A DNA stretch of 64,000 bases, taken from contig OZ024744.1 of NCBI GenBank assembly GCA_964016885.1, positions 114,452,001 to 114,516,000 of the forward strand. The letters are read 5' to 3'. The notes beneath the pieces were generated by a model. The model was not told the origin of the DNA, searched no databases, and worked only from the letters and a program-made list of their open reading frames with translations. The DNA is from Eledone cirrhosa. Its lineage: Eukaryota. Below, piece after piece: positions 26,564-41,086 of the stretch (position 1 is the first letter of the stretch; each line of letters opens with the position of its first letter). Made by a program: the position numbers and the translations under genes.

Positions 26564-26924
26564 AATAGTTGTCAAGTTGACAACACCACCTTTACCATAA
26601 TCACCCCTATTTTCATCACCATCATCATCATTGTTGTTGTATTGCCAATCCCCTATCTATTCCCTGCTTAGATGGATTTAATGTATCTACAATACACCAT
26701 GATATTACTGGTACTAGTCCCATAACTATCTCCTCCATAGAGTGAAACACCCCATTTACACCTTCCTATGTCTTCCTCAGTCATCACGACCAACTCCCAC
26801 TTTTAATTACATTCCACCACCTGCTTAGAAAGCAGTATATGCGAACCAGTTATATACTGATTAATGAAGGAACTTCTATATGGTAACACTACTAGCTAGA
26901 AATAGCAACCAAATCTACCTCAAA

Positions 26925-27710
26925 CCATACTATCTTAAATAATTATTTCTACTGTTGGCACAAGGCCAGCAATTATTCCAGTGTATTACTGGTACTTTAT
27001 TTTATCGACCCCGTAATTTGAACTCAGATCGTAAGGGGACGTAACTATGCTGGAAAGCATGGCGTCCGACCCTCTACCGATACTGCCAATCCACCGCCAT
27101 ACTGTCTTAAATAACTGTTTCTACTTTAGACACAAGGCCAGCAATTACCCAGTGCATTACTGGTACTTTATTTTATCGACCCCGTAATTTGAACTCAGAT
27201 CGTAAGGGGACGTAACTATGCTGGAAAGCATGGCGTCCGACCCTCTACCGATACTGCCAATCCACCGCCATACTGTCTTAAATAACTGTTTCTACTTTAG
27301 ACACAAGGCCAGCAATTACCCAGTGCATTACTGGTACTTTATTTTATCGACCCCGTAATTTGAACTCAGATCGTAAGGGGACGTAACTATGCTGGAAAGC
27401 ATGGCGTCCGACCCTCTACCGATACTGCCAATCCACCGCCATACTGTCTTAAATAACTGTTTCTACTTTAGACACAAGGCCAGCAATTACCCAGTGCATT
27501 ACTGGTACTTTATTTTATCGACCCCGTAATTTGAACTCAGATCGTAAGGGGACGTAACTATGCTGGAAAGCATGGCGTCCGACCCTCTACCGATACTGCC
27601 AATCCACCGCCATACTGTCTTAAATAACTGTTTCTACTTTAGACACAAGGCCAGCAATTACCCAGTGCATTACTGGTACTTTATTTTATCGACCCGGTTG
27701 TCTTAAATAA
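26925..27710 (-). repeat. 171-bp tandem array (~4.4 units) of an internally deleted SINE
   Basis: TTTATCGACC recurs at 27001, 27172, 27343, 27514 and 27685. Each unit is the 12496-type SINE lacking the central segment, plus a short flank. Confidence 0.9.
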
Positions 27711-28579
27711 TGAAAGAATACATTAGATAAAATAGTCCTACAAATCCTTCAATCCCGTTTAGAAGAGCTTTAATCATAGGCAGTAAATTAGTTGAGTTAT
27801 TAGAATGATGGATTCACAACCTTTGTACTTGTTCTGATTCTCAGCTCTCTGAGTTAAAATCCAGCCATGGGGGTCGACTTTGCCTATCATCCTTTCAGGG
27901 GGGTTTCATAAATTACATACATGTAGGGGGAGTAGTTTGGTGGAATTGTTTAAAATATCAGATAGAATGTTTTGTAATATCTCATATGGCTGAATGTTCA
28001 AACGTTGGGAGCTTCTACCAGGAGTTGTTACCAACAGATAGTATCAATAATGGAAAGACCAATGGAAACATTGTTTCCTTGGTCCAGTGTGGTCTCAGGA
28101 AATTTATCTCCTTATAATATATAACCAGCAATTTCTCTGTCTGTCTGTCCGTCCGACAGTGGAAACACGTGCGCGCGTGCGAATGTTTTTTTGCGCACGC
28201 GTAGAGAGAGAGTGAGAGTGAAAGAAAGAGACAGACTACGAGAGGGGAATAGCGGGAGGGAGAGAGGGAGAGAGAGAGAGTGAATAGACGCCAAAACACG
28301 TGCGCGCGTGCGAATGTTTTTTTGCGCACGCGTAGAGAGAGAGAGAGTGAGAGTGAAAGAAAGAGACAGACTACGAGAGGGGGATAGCGGGAGAGGGAGA
28401 GGGGGGAATTGAGGAGTGCTACAGAAACATATATATACATTTCTGTGTGTGTGTAATATATATATATATACACACACAGAAATATATATATATACACACA
28501 GAAATATATATACATTTCTGTGTGTGAAATATATATATATACACACACACAGAGAAATATATATACATTTCTGTGTGTG

Positions 28580-28638
<59 letters not shown>

Positions 28639-28704
28639 GAAATATATATACATTTCTGTGTGTGTAATATATATATATATACTAGCAGAAAACCACGCAC
28701 CGGG

Positions 28705-31700
28705 TGTTTGCGTGAGTTTATATGTGTGTGTTTGTGTGAATGTATGTGCGTGTTTGTGTGAGTTTATATGTGTATGTGCGTGTTTGTGTGAGTTTATATG
28801 TGTATGTGTGTGTTTGTGTGGGTTTATATGTGTATGTGTGTGTTTGTGTGAATGTATGTGTGTATGCGTGAGTTTATATGTGTGTGTGTTTGTGTGAATG
28901 TATGTGTGTGTTTGTGTGAGTTTATATGTGTGTGTTTGTGTGAATGTATGTGCGTGTTTGTGTCAGTTTATATGTGTGTGTGTGTTTGTGTGAATGTATG
29001 TGCGTGTTTGTCTGAGTTTATATGTGTGTGTGTGTTTGTGTGAATGTATGTGCTTGTTTGTGTGAGTTTATATGTGTATGTGTGTGTTTGTGTTTGTGTG
29101 AATGTATGTATACAATGTATGTATATATATGTATGTATACAATGTATGTATACAATGTATATATATATACACACACACAGAAATATATATACATTTCTGT
29201 GTGTGTAATATATATATATACTAGCAGAAAACCACCCACAGGATGGATTTCTGCTAGTCTATATAAATAGAAGTCAAATGGTCTCTGTCCGTGTGTCACT
29301 CCACATGGAAGTGGGAGGGTGAAAATTCTAAGGCGAAAAAAAAATCAAACAGCATTTCAACTTTTGCACAAAGCTTTGTGTGAGTTTATATGTGTGTGTG
29401 TTTGTGTGAATGTATGTGTGTGTTTGTGTGAGTTTATATGTGTATGTGTATGTTTGTGTGAATGTATGTGTGTGTTTGTGTGAGTTTATATGTGTATGTG
29501 TGTGTTTGTGTGAATGTATGTGCGTGTTTGTGTGAGTTTATATGTGTGTGTGTGTGTGTTTGTGTGAATGTATGTGTGTGTTTGTGTGAGTTTATATGTG
29601 TGTGTGTGTGTTTGTGTGAATGTATGTGTGTGTTTGTGTGAGTTTATATGTGTGTGTGTGTGTGTTTGTGTGAATGTATGTGTGTGTTTGTGTGAGTTTA
29701 TATGTGTGTGTGTGTGTTTGTGTGAATGTATGTGTGTGTTTGCGTGAGTTTATATGTGTATATGTGTGTCTGTGTGAATGTATGTGTGTGTTTGTGTGAG
29801 TTTATATGTGTGTGTGTGTGTGTTTGTGTGAATGTATATGTGTGTTTGCGTGAGTTTGTATGTGTATGTGTGTGTTTGTGTTTGTGTGAATGTATGTGTG
29901 TTTGTGTGAGTTTATATGTGTGTATGTGTGTTTGTGTGAATGTATGTGCGTGTTTGTGTGAGTTTATATGTGTATGTGTGTGTTTGTGTGAATGTATGTG
30001 TGTGTTTGTGTGAGTTTATATGTGTGTGTGTGTGTTTGTGTGAATGTATGTGTGTTTGTGTAAGTTTATATGTGTGTTTGTGTGAATGTATGTGCGTGTT
30101 TGCGTGAGTTTATATGTGTGTGTGTGTGTTTGTGTGAATGTATGTGTGTGTTTGTGTGAGTTTATATGTGTGTGTGTGTGTTTGTGTGAATGTATGTGTG
30201 TGTTTGTGTGAATTTATATGTGTGTGTATTTGTGTGAATGTATGTGTGTGTTTGTGGGAGTTTATATGTGTGTGTGTGTGTTTGTGTGAATGTATGTGTG
30301 TGTTTGTGTGAGTTTATATGTGTGTGTGTGTGTTTGTGTGAATGTATGTGTGTGTTTGTGTGAGTTTATATGTGTGTTTGTGTGAATGTATGTGTGAATG
30401 TATGTGCGTGTTTGTGTGAGTTTATATGTGTGTGTGTGTGTTTGTGTGAATGTATGTGTGTGTTTGTGTGAGTTTATATGTGTCTGTGTGTGTTTGTGTG
30501 AATGTATGTGTGTGTTTGTGTGAGTTTATATGTGTGTGTGTGTTTGTGTGAATGTATGTGTGTGTTTGTGTGAGTTTATATGTGTGTGTGTGTGTTTGTG
30601 TGGGTTTATATGTGTATGTGTGTGTTTGTGTGAATGTATGTGTGTTTGCGTGAGTTTATATGTGTGTGTGTTTGTGTGAATGTATGTGTGTGTTTGTGTG
30701 AGTTTATATGTGTGTGTGTGTTTGTGTGAATGTATGTGCGTGTTTGTGTGAGTTTATATGTGTATGTGTGTGTTTGTGTGAGTGTATGTGTGTGTGTGTG
30801 TTTGTGTGAATGTATGTGTGTGTTTGTGTTTGTGTAAATGTATGTGTTTGTTTGTGTGAGTTTATATGTGTATGTGTGTGTTTGTGTAAATGTATGTGTG
30901 TGTTTGCGTGAGTTTATATGTGTATATGTGTGTTTGTGTGAATGTATGTGTGTTTGCGTGAGTTTATATGTGTATGTGTGTGTTTGTGTGAATGTATGTG
31001 TGTTTGTGTGAATGTATGTGCGTGTTTGTGTGAGTTTATATGTGTGTGTTTGTGTGAATGTATGTGCGTGTTTGTGTGAGTTTATGTATATGTGTGTGTT
31101 TGTGTGAATGTATGTGCGTGTTTGTGTGTGTTTATATGTGTATGTATGTGTGTGTTTGTGTATGTGTGTGTTTGTGTGAATGTATGTGAGTGTTTGCGTG
31201 AGTTTATATGCGCATGTGTGTGTTTGTGTGAATGTATGTGTGTGTTTGTGTGAGTTCATATGTGTATGTGTGTGTTTGTGTGAATGTATGTGTGTGTTTC
31301 TGTGAGTTTATATGTGTGTGTGTGTGTTTGTGTGAATGTATGTGCGTGTTTGAGTGAGTTTATATGTGTGTGTGTGTGTTTGTGTGAATGTATGTGTGTG
31401 TTTGTGTGAGTTTAAATGTGTATGTGTGTGTTTGTGTGAATGTATGTGTGTGTTTGTGTGAGTTTATATGTGTGTGTGTTTGTGTGAATGTATGTGCGTG
31501 TTTGTGTGAGTTTATATTGTATGTGTGTGTTTGTGTGGATGTATGTGTGTGTTTGTGTGAGTTTATATGTGTGTGTTTGTGTGAATGTATGTGCGTGTTT
31601 GTGTGAGTTTATATGTGTATGTGTGTGTTTGTGTGAATGTATGTGTGTGTTTGTGTGAGTTTATATGTGTATGTGTGTGTTTGTGTGAATGTATGTGTGT

Positions 31701-32551
31701 GTTTGTGTGAGTTTATATGTGTGTGTGTTTGTGTGAATGTATGTGTGTGTTTGTGTGAGTTTATATGTGTGTGTGTGTGTTTGTGTGAGTTTATATGTGT
31801 GTGTGTGTTTGTGTGAATGTATGTGTGTGTTTGTGTGAGTTTATATGTGTGTGTGTGTGTTTGTGTGAATGTATGTGTGTGTTTGTGTGAGTTTATATGT
31901 GTGTGTGTATATTTGTGTGAATGTATGTGCGTGTTTGTGTGGGTTTATATGTGTATGTGTGTGTTTGTGTGAATGTATGTGTGTGTTTGTGTGAGTTTAT
32001 ATGTGTGTTTGTGTGAATGTATGTGTGTGTTTGTGTGAGTTTATATGTGTGTGTGTGTGTTTGTGTGAATGTATGTGCGTGTTTGTGTGAGTTTATATGT
32101 GTGTGTGTGTGTGTGTGTGAATGTATGTGTGTGTTTGTGTGAGTTTATATGTGTGTATGTGTGTTTGTGTGAATGTATGTGTGTGTTTGTGTGAGTTTAT
32201 ATGTGTGTGTGTGTTTGTGTGAATGTATGTGTGTTTGCGTGAGTTTATATGTGTGTGTTTGTGTGAATGTATGTGTGTGTTTGTGTGAGTTTATATGTGT
32301 GTGTGTGTTTGTGTGAATGTATGTGCGTGTTTGTGTGAGTTTATATGTGTATGTGTGTGTTTGTGTGAGTTTATGTGTGTGTGTGTGTGTGTTTGTGTGA
32401 ATGTATGTGTGTGTTTGTGTTTGTGTGAATGTATGTGTGTTTGTGTGAGTTTATATGTGTGTGTGTGTGTTTGTGTGAATGTATGTGTGTTTGTGTGAGT
32501 TTATATGTGTGTGTGTGTTTGTGTGAATGTATGTGCGTGTTTGTGTGAGTT

Positions 32552-32587
<36 letters not shown>

Positions 32588-35500
32588 TATGTGTGTGTTT
32601 GTGTGAGTTTATATGTGTGTGTGTGTGTGTGTGAATGTATGTGCGTGTTTGTGTGAGTTTATATGTGTGTGTGTGTGTTTGTGTGAATGTATGTGTGTTT
32701 GTGTGAGTTTATATGTGTGTGTGTGTGTGTGTGAATGTATGTGTGTGTTTGTGTCAGTTTATATGTGTGTGTGTGTGTTTGTGTGAATGTATGTGCGTGT
32801 TTGTGTGAGTTTATATGTGTGTGTGTGTGTTTGTGTGAATGTATGTGTGTGTTTGTGTGAGTTTATATGTGTGTGTGTTTGTGTGAATGTATGTGCGTGT
32901 TTGTGGGAGTTTATATGTGTATGTGTGTGTTTGTGTGGGTTTATAAGTGTGTGTTTGTGTGAATGTATGTGTGTTTGCGTGAGTTTATATGTGTGTGTGT
33001 TTGTGTGAATGTATGTGTGTGTTTGTGTGAATGTATGTGTGTGTGTGTGTGTTTGTGTGAATGTATATGTGTGTTTGCGTGAGTTTATATGTGTATGTGT
33101 GTGTTTGTGTTTGTGTGAATGTATGTGTGTTTGTGTGAGTTTATATGTGTGTATGTGTGTTTGTGTGAATGTATGTGCGTGTTTGTGTGAGTTTATATGT
33201 GTATGTGTGTGTTTGTGTGAATGTATGTGTGTGTTTGTGTGAGTTTATATGTGTGTGTGTGTGTTTGTGTGAATGTATGTGTGTTTGTGTGAGTTTATAT
33301 GTGTGTGTGTGTTTGTGTGAATGTATGTGCGTGTTTGCGTGAGTTTATATGTGTGTGTGTGTGTTTGTGTGAATGTATGTGTGTGTTTGTGTGAGTTTAT
33401 ATGTGTGTGTGTGTGTTTGTGTGAATGTATGTGTGTGTTTGTGTGAATTTATATGTGTGTGTGTGTGTGTGTTTGTGTGAATGTATGTGTGTGTTTGTGG
33501 GAGTTTATATGTGTGTGTGTGTGTTTGTGTGAATGTATGTGTGTGTTTGTGTGAGTTTATATGTGTGTGTGTGTGTGTGTTTGTGTGAATGTATGTGTGT
33601 GTTTGTGTGAGTTTATATGTGTGTTTGTGTGAATGTATGTGTGAATGTATGTGCGTGTTTGTGTGAGTTTATATGTGTGTGTGTGTGTTTGTGTGAATGT
33701 ATGTGTGTGTTTGTGTGAGTTTATATGTGTCTGTGTGTGTTTGTGTGAATGTATGTGTGTGTTTGTGTGAGTTTATATGTGTGTGTGTGTTTGTGTGAAT
33801 GTATGTGTGTGTTTGTGTGAGTTTATATGTGTGTGTGTGTGTTTGTGTGGGTTTATATGTGTATGTGTGTGTTTGTGTGAATGTATGTGTGTTTGCGTGA
33901 GTTTATATGTGTGTGTGTTTGTGTGAATGTATGTGCGTGTTTGTGTGAGTTTATATGTGTATGTGTGTGTTTGTGTGAGTGTATGTGTGTGTGTGTGTTT
34001 GTGTGAATGTATGTGTGTGTTTGTGTTTGTGTAAATGTATGTGTTTGTTTGTGTGAGTTTATATGTGTATGTGTATGTTTGTGTAAATGTATGTGTGTGT
34101 TTGCGTGAGTTTATATGTGTATATGTGTGTTTGTGTGAATGTATGTGTGTTTGCGTGAGTTTATATGTGTATGTGTGTGTTTGTGTGAATGTATGTGTGT
34201 TTATGTGAATGTATGTGCGTGTTTGTGTGAGTTTATATGTGTGTGTTTGTGTGAATGTATGTGCGTGTTTGTGTGAGTTTATGTATATGTGTGTGTTTGT
34301 GTGAATGTATGTGCGTGTTTGTGTGTGTTTATATGTGTATGTATGTGTGTGTTTGTGTATGTGTGTGTTTGTGTGAATGTATGTGAGTGTTTGCGTGAGT
34401 TTATATGCGCATGTGTGTGTTTGTGTGAATGTATGTGTGTGTTTGTGTGAATTCATATGTGTATGTGTGTGTTTGTGTGAATGTATGTGTGTGTTTCTGT
34501 GAGTTTATATGTGTGTGTGTGTGTGTTTGTGTAAATGTATGTGCGTGTTTGTGTGAGTTTATAGTTGTGTGTGTGTGTTTGTGTGAATGTATGTGTGTGT
34601 TTGTGTGAGTTTAAATGTGTATGTGTGTGTTTGTGTGAATGTATGTGTGTGTTTGTGTGAGTTTATATGTGTGTGTGTTTGTGTGAATGTATGTGCGTGT
34701 TTGTGTGAGTTTATATTGTATGTGTGTGTTTGTGTGAATGTATGTGTGTGTTTGTGTGAGTTTATATGTGTGTGTTTGTGTGAATGTATGTGCGTGTTTG
34801 TGTGAGTTTATATGTGTATGTGTGTGTTTGTGTGAATGTATGTGTGTGTTTGTGTGAGTTTATATGTGTATGTGTGTATTTGTGTGAATGTATGTGTGTG
34901 TTTGTGTGAGTTTATATGTGTGTGTGTTTGTGTGAATGTATGTGTGTGTTTGTGTGAGTTTATATGTGTGTGTGTGTGTTTGTGTGAATGTATGTGTGTG
35001 TTTGTGTGAGTTTATATGTGTGTGTGTGTGTTTGTGTGAATGTATGTGTGTGTTTGTGTGAGTTTATATGTGTGTGTGTATATTTGTGTGAATGTATGTG
35101 TGTGTTTGTGTGAATTTATATGTGTGTGTGTGTGTGTTTGTGTGAATGTATGTGTGTGATTGTGTGAGTTTATATGTGTGTGTTTATGTGAATGTATGTG
35201 TGTGTTTGTGTGAGTTTATATGTGTGTGTGTGTGTTTGTGTGAATGTATGTGTGTGTTTGTGTGAGTTTATATGTGTGTGTGTGTGTTTGTGTGAATGTA
35301 TGTGTGTGTTTGTGTGAGTTTATATGTGTGTGTGTGTTTGTGTGAATGTACGTGTGTGTTTGTGTGAGTTTATATGTGTGTGTATGTGTTTGTGTGAATG
35401 TATGTGTGTGTTTGTGTGAGTTTATATGTGTGTGTGTGTTTGTGTGAATGCATGTGTGTGTTTGTGTGAATTCATATGTGTATGTGTGTGTTTGTGTGAA

Positions 35501-38500
35501 TGTATGTGTGTGTTTCTGTGAGTTTATATGTGTGTGTGTGTGTTTGTGTGAATGTATGTGCGTGTTTGTGTGAGTTTATATGTGTGTGTGTGTGTTTGTG
35601 TGAATGTATGTGTGTGTTTGTGTGAGTTTAAATGTGTATGTGTGTGTTTGTGTGAATGTATGTGTGTGTTTGTGTGAGTTTATATGTGTGTGTGTTTGTG
35701 TGAATGTATGTGCGTGTTTGTGTGAGTTTATATTGTATGTGTGTGTTTGTGTGAATGTATGTGTGTGTTTGTGTGAGTTTATATGTGTGTGTTTGTGTGA
35801 ATGTATGTGCGTGTTTGTGTGAGTTTATATGTGTATGTGTGTGTTTGTGTGAATGTATGTGTGTGTTTGTGTGAGTTTATATGTGTATGTGTGTATTTGT
35901 GTGAATGTATGTGTGTGTTTGTGTGAGTTTATATGTGTGTGTGTTTGTGTGAATGTATGTGTGTGTTTGTGTGAGTTTATATGTGTGTGTGTGTGTTTGT
36001 GTGAATGTATGTGTGTGTTTGTGTGAGTTTATATGTGTGTGTGTGTGTTTGTGTGAATGTATGTGTGTGTTTGTGTGAGTTTATATGTGTGTGTGTATAT
36101 TTGTGTGAATGTATGTGTGTGTTTGTGTGAATTTATATGTGTGTGTGTGTGTGTTTGTGTGAATGTATGTGTGTGATTGTGTGAGTTTATATGTGTGTGT
36201 TTATGTGAATGTATGTGTGTGTTTGTGTGAGTTTATATGTGTGTGTGTGTGTTTGTGTGAATGTATGTGTGTGTTTGTGTGAGTTTATATGTGTGTGTGT
36301 GTGTTTGTGTGAATGTATGTGTGTGTTTGTGTGAGTTTATATGTGTGTGTGTATATTTGTGTGAATGTATGTGTGTGTTTGTGTGAATTTATGTGTGTGT
36401 GTGTGTGTGTTTGTGTGAATGTATGTGTGTGTTTGTGTGAGTTTATATGTGTGTGTTTGTGTGAATGTAGGTGTGTGTTTGTGTGAGTTTATATGTGTGT
36501 GTGTGTGTTTGTGTGAATGTATGTGTGTGTTTGTGTGAGTTTATATGTGTGTGTGTGTGTTTGTGTGAATGTATGTGTGTGTTTGTGTGAGTTTATATGT
36601 GTGTGTGTGTTTGTGTGAATGTATGTGTGTGTTTGTGTGAGTTTATGTGTGTGTGTTTGTGTGAATGTATGTGTGTGTTTGTGTGAGTTTATATGTGTGT
36701 TTGTGTGAATGTATGTGTGAATGTATGTGTGTGTTTGTGTGAGTTTATATGTATGTGTGTGTGTTTGTGTGAATGTATGTGTGTTTGTGTGAGTTTATAT
36801 GTGTGTGTTTGTGTGAATGTATGTGCGTGTTTGTGTGAGTTTATATGTGTATGTGTGTGTTTGTGTGAATGTATGTGTGTTTGTGTGAATGTATGTGCGT
36901 GTTTGTGTGAGTTTATATGTGTGTGTTTGTGTGAATGTATGTGCGTGTTTGTGTGAGTTTATATGTGTATGTGTGTGTTTGTGTGAATGTATGTGCGTGT
37001 TTGTGTGAGTTTTTATGTGTATGTATGTGTGTGTTTGTGTATGTGTGTGTTTGTGTGAATGTATGTGTCTGTTTGCGTGAGTTTATATGTGTGTGTGTGT
37101 GTTTGTGTGAATGTATGTGAGTGTTTGTGTGAGTTTATATGTGTATGTGCGTGTTTGTGTGAATGTATGTGTGTGTTTGCGTGAGTTTATATGTGTGTGT
37201 GTGTGTGTTTGTGTGAATGTATGTGTGTGTTTGTGTGAGTTTATATGTGTGTGTGTTTGTGTGAATGTATGTGTGTGTTTGTGTGAGTTTAAATGTGTAT
37301 GTGTGTGTTTGTGTGAATGTATGTGTGTGTTTGTGTGAGTTTATATGTGTGTGTGTTTGTGTGAATGGATGTGCGTGTTTGTGTGAGTTTATATGTGTAT
37401 GTGTGTGTTTGTGTGAATGTATGTGTGTGTTTGTGTGAGTTTATATGTGTGTGTTTGTGTGAATGTATGTGCGTGTTTGTGTGAGTTTATATGTGTATGT
37501 GTGTGTTTGTGTGAATGTATGTGTGTGTTTGTGTGAGTTTATATGTGTATGTGTGTGTTTGTGTGAATGTATGTGTGTGTTTGTGTGAGTTTATATGTGT
37601 GTGTGTGTGTTTGTGTGAATGTATGTGTGTGTTTGTGTGAGTTTATATGTGTGTGTGTGTTTGTGTGAATGTATGTGTGTGTTTGTGTGAGTTTATATGT
37701 GTGTGTGTGTCTTTGTGTGAATGTATGTGTGTGTTTGTGTGAGTTTATATGTGTGTGTGTATATTTGTGTGAATGTATGTGTGTGTTTGTGTGAATTTAT
37801 ATGTGTGTGTGTGTGTGTTTGTGTGAATGTATGTGTGTGTTTGTGTGAATGTATGTGTGTGTTTGTGTGAGTTTATATGTGTGTGTGTGTGTTTGTGTGA
37901 ACGTATGTGTGTGTTTGTGTGAGTTTATATGTGTGTGTGTGTGTTTGTGTGAATGTATGTGTGTGTTTGTGTGAGTTTATATGTGTGTGTATGTGTTTGT
38001 GTGAATGTATGTGTGTGTTTGTGTGAGTTTATATGTGTGTGTGTATATTTGTGTGAATGTATGTGTGTGTTTGTGTGAATTTATATGGGTGTGTGTGTGT
38101 GTGTGTTTGTGTGAATGTATGTGTGTGTTTGTGTGTGTTTATATGTGTGTGTTTGTGTGAATGTATGTGTGTGTTTGTGTGAGTTTATATGTGTGTGTGT
38201 GTGTTTGTGTGAATGTATGTGTGTGTTTGTGTGAGTTTATATGTGTGTGTGTGTGTGTTTGTGTGAATGTATGTGTGTGTTTGTGTGAGTTTATATGTGT
38301 GTGTGTGTTTGTGTGAATGTATGTGTGTGTTTGTGTGAGTTTATGTGTGTGTGTTTGTGTGAATGTATGTGTGTGTTTGTGTGAGTTTATATGTGTGTTT
38401 GTGTGAATGTATGTGTGAATGTAAGTGTGTGTTTGTGTGAGTTTATATGTATGTGTGTGTGTTTGTGTGAATGTATGTGTGTTTGTGTGAGTTTATATGT

Positions 38501-40110
38501 GTGTGTTTGTGTGAATGTATGTGCGTGTTTGTGTGAGTTTATATGTGTATGTGTGTGTTTGTGTGAATGTATGTGTGTTTGTGTGAATGTATGTGCGTGT
38601 TTGTGTGAGTTTATATGTGTATGTATGTGTTTGTTTGTGTATGTGTGTGTTTGTGTGAATGTATGTGTGTGTTTGCGTGAGTTTATATGTGTGTGTGTGT
38701 GTTTGTGTGAATGTATGTGAGTGTTTGTGTGAGTTTATATGTGTATGTGCGTGTTTGTGTGAATGTATGTGTGTGTTTGCGTGAGTTTATATGTGTGTGT
38801 GTGTGTTTGTGTGAATGTATGTGTGTGTTTGTGTGAGTTTATATGTGTGTGTGTTTGTGTGAATGTATGTGTGTTTGCGTGAATGTATGTGCGTGTTTGT
38901 GTGAATTTATATGTGTGTGTGTGTGTTTGTGTGAGTTTATGTGTGTGTGTGTGTGTGTGTTTGTGTGAATGTATGTGTGTTTGTGTGAGTTTATATGTGT
39001 GTGTGTGTGTTTGTGTGAATGTGTGTGTGTGTTTGTGTGAGTTTATGTGTGTGTGTGTGTTTGTGTGAATGTATGTGCGTGTTTGTGTGAGTTTATATGT
39101 GTGTGTTTGTGTGAATGTATGTGCGTGTTTGTGTGAGTTTATATGTGTATGTGTGTGTTTGTGTGAATGTATGTGCGTGTTTGTGTGAGTTTATATGTGT
39201 ATGTATGTGTGTGTTTGTGTATGTGTGTGTTTGTGTGAATGTATGTGTGTGTTTGCGTGAGTTTATATGTGTGTGTTTGTGTGAATGTATGTGAGTGTTT
39301 GTGTGAGTTTATATGTGTGTTTGTGTGAGTTTATATGTGTGTGTGTGTGTTTGTGTGAGATTATATGTGTGTGTGTTTGTGTGAGTTTATATGTGTGTGT
39401 GTGTGTTTGTGTGAATGTATGTGTGTTTGTGTGAGTTTATATGTGTATGTGTGTGTTTGTGTGAATGTATGTGTGTGTTTGTGTGAATGTATGTGTGTGT
39501 TTGCGTGAGTTTATATGTGTATGTGTGTGTTTGTGTGAATGTATGTGTGTGTTTGTGTGAGTTTATATGTGTGTGTGGTTTGCGTGAGTTCATATGTGTA
39601 TGTGTGTGTTTGTGTGAATGTATGTGTGTGTTTGCGTGAGTTTATATGTGTATGTGTGTGTTTGTGTGAATGTATGTGTGTGTTTGCGTGAGTTTATATG
39701 TGTATGTGTGTTTGTGTGAATGTATGTGTGTGTTTGCGTGAGTTACTATGTGTATGTGTGTGTTTGTGTGAATGTATGTGTGTGTTTGCGTGAGTTTATA
39801 TGTGTGTTTGTGTGAATGTGTGAATGTATGTGCGTGTTTGTGTGAGTTTATATGTGTATGTGTGTGAATGTGTGAATGTATGTGCGTGTTTGTGTGTGTT
39901 TATATGTGTATGTGTGTGAATGTATGTGTGTGTAAAAGGGTGGAAGGGGGATAGTGAAAGACTACGGCAAAAACAGACTTCCAAACTTTTTCATGCTCTG
40001 TGTGTGTTTATATATGTATGTGTGTGTTTGTGTGAATGTATGTGTGTGTTTGTGTGAATGTATATGTGTGTATTTGTGTGAATGTATATCTGTATGTATG
40101 TATGCGTGTG
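28705..40110. repeat. GT-rich complex satellite (alternating GTTTGTGTGAGTTTATAT(GT)n and GTTTGTGTGAATGTAT(GT)n, ~45-50-bp dimer)
   Basis: Direct reading. Interrupted at ~29110-29375 and ~39935-39995. Confidence 0.95.
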
Positions 40111-40619
40111 AGTTTATCGGTGTTCGTGGGTTTATATTTATACACACAAATATATATAACAACGATATTAATTCAAATGTAAATACAGGTGTATATAAGC
40201 ATTTGAATATAAATAATATATTCAATATGTTTGGATATATAAGAATATGTAATTATATCATCATCACTGTTTTACATCGATTTTTCCACGCTAGCATGGG
40301 TTAGACAGGTTGTCCTGTTGTGGGCAATGTTAGGTCAACCTCATTTACAGTGAGTGCTGGGTGCTTTTTTTCTGTGGCGCCTATATGTCCACTTTACAGT
40401 GTGGGCTGGGTGCTTTTTGTCATGACACCTCCACGCCCACTTTGCATATATATATATATATATATTGTTATACTTTGGGAGGGTCATGTTGCCAATAAGA
40501 AACACACGCACCAGTTACTTTCACTTCAATTTATTATATATTTATAAATTTACAAATTTATAAATTTATAAATTTCTGGTTGGTTGGTTGGTTCCACAAC
40601 CAGATAGTTGTTTATATAT

Positions 40620-40664
40620 AGTCATAGTCCTTTCGTCACACACTCTGTGACCTCTTCAGTGACT
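40620..40664 (-). ncRNA. Minimal type I hammerhead ribozyme (mirror copy)
   Basis: Reverse complement of 40776-40820. Confidence 0.8.
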
Positions 40665-40775
40665 GGGGATTCCTTTCTTTGTTTCTGTGCCTCTCCTTTG
40701 TTCTGTCCTACGCCAGAAACAAAATGGCGTAGGACAGAACAAAGGAGAGGCACAGAAACAAAGAAAGGAATCCCC

Positions 40776-40820
40776 AGTCACTGAAGAGGTCACAGAGTGT
40801 GTGACGAAAGGACTATGACT
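40776..40820 (+). ncRNA. Minimal type I hammerhead ribozyme
   Basis: agtca-CTGAAGA-g-gtcaca-gagtg-tgtgac-GAAA-ggac-TA-tgact, with perfect stems I and II. Confidence 0.82.
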
Positions 40821-41032
40821 ATATATAAACAACTATCTGGTTGTGGAACCAACCAACCAACCAGAAATTTATAAATTTATAAATTTGTAAATTTATAAAT
40901 ATATAATAAATTGAAGTGAAAGCAACTGGTGCGTGTGTTTCTTATTGGCAACATGACCCTCCCAAAGTATAACAATATCGGTTTCAACACACGATTTCAG
41001 ATAAAGAATCTTGCTAAACAAATTCAGAAACG

Positions 41033-41084
<52 letters not shown>

Positions 41085-41086
<2 letters not shown>

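Larger units (their letters stand above)
40462..41035 (+). mobile_element. H1 fold-back element: near-perfect ~255-bp-arm hairpin plus tail
   Basis: 40462-40714 is the reverse complement of 40724-40978 with a ~9-nt loop. The tail at 40979-41033 runs into (TA)n. Confidence 0.85.
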
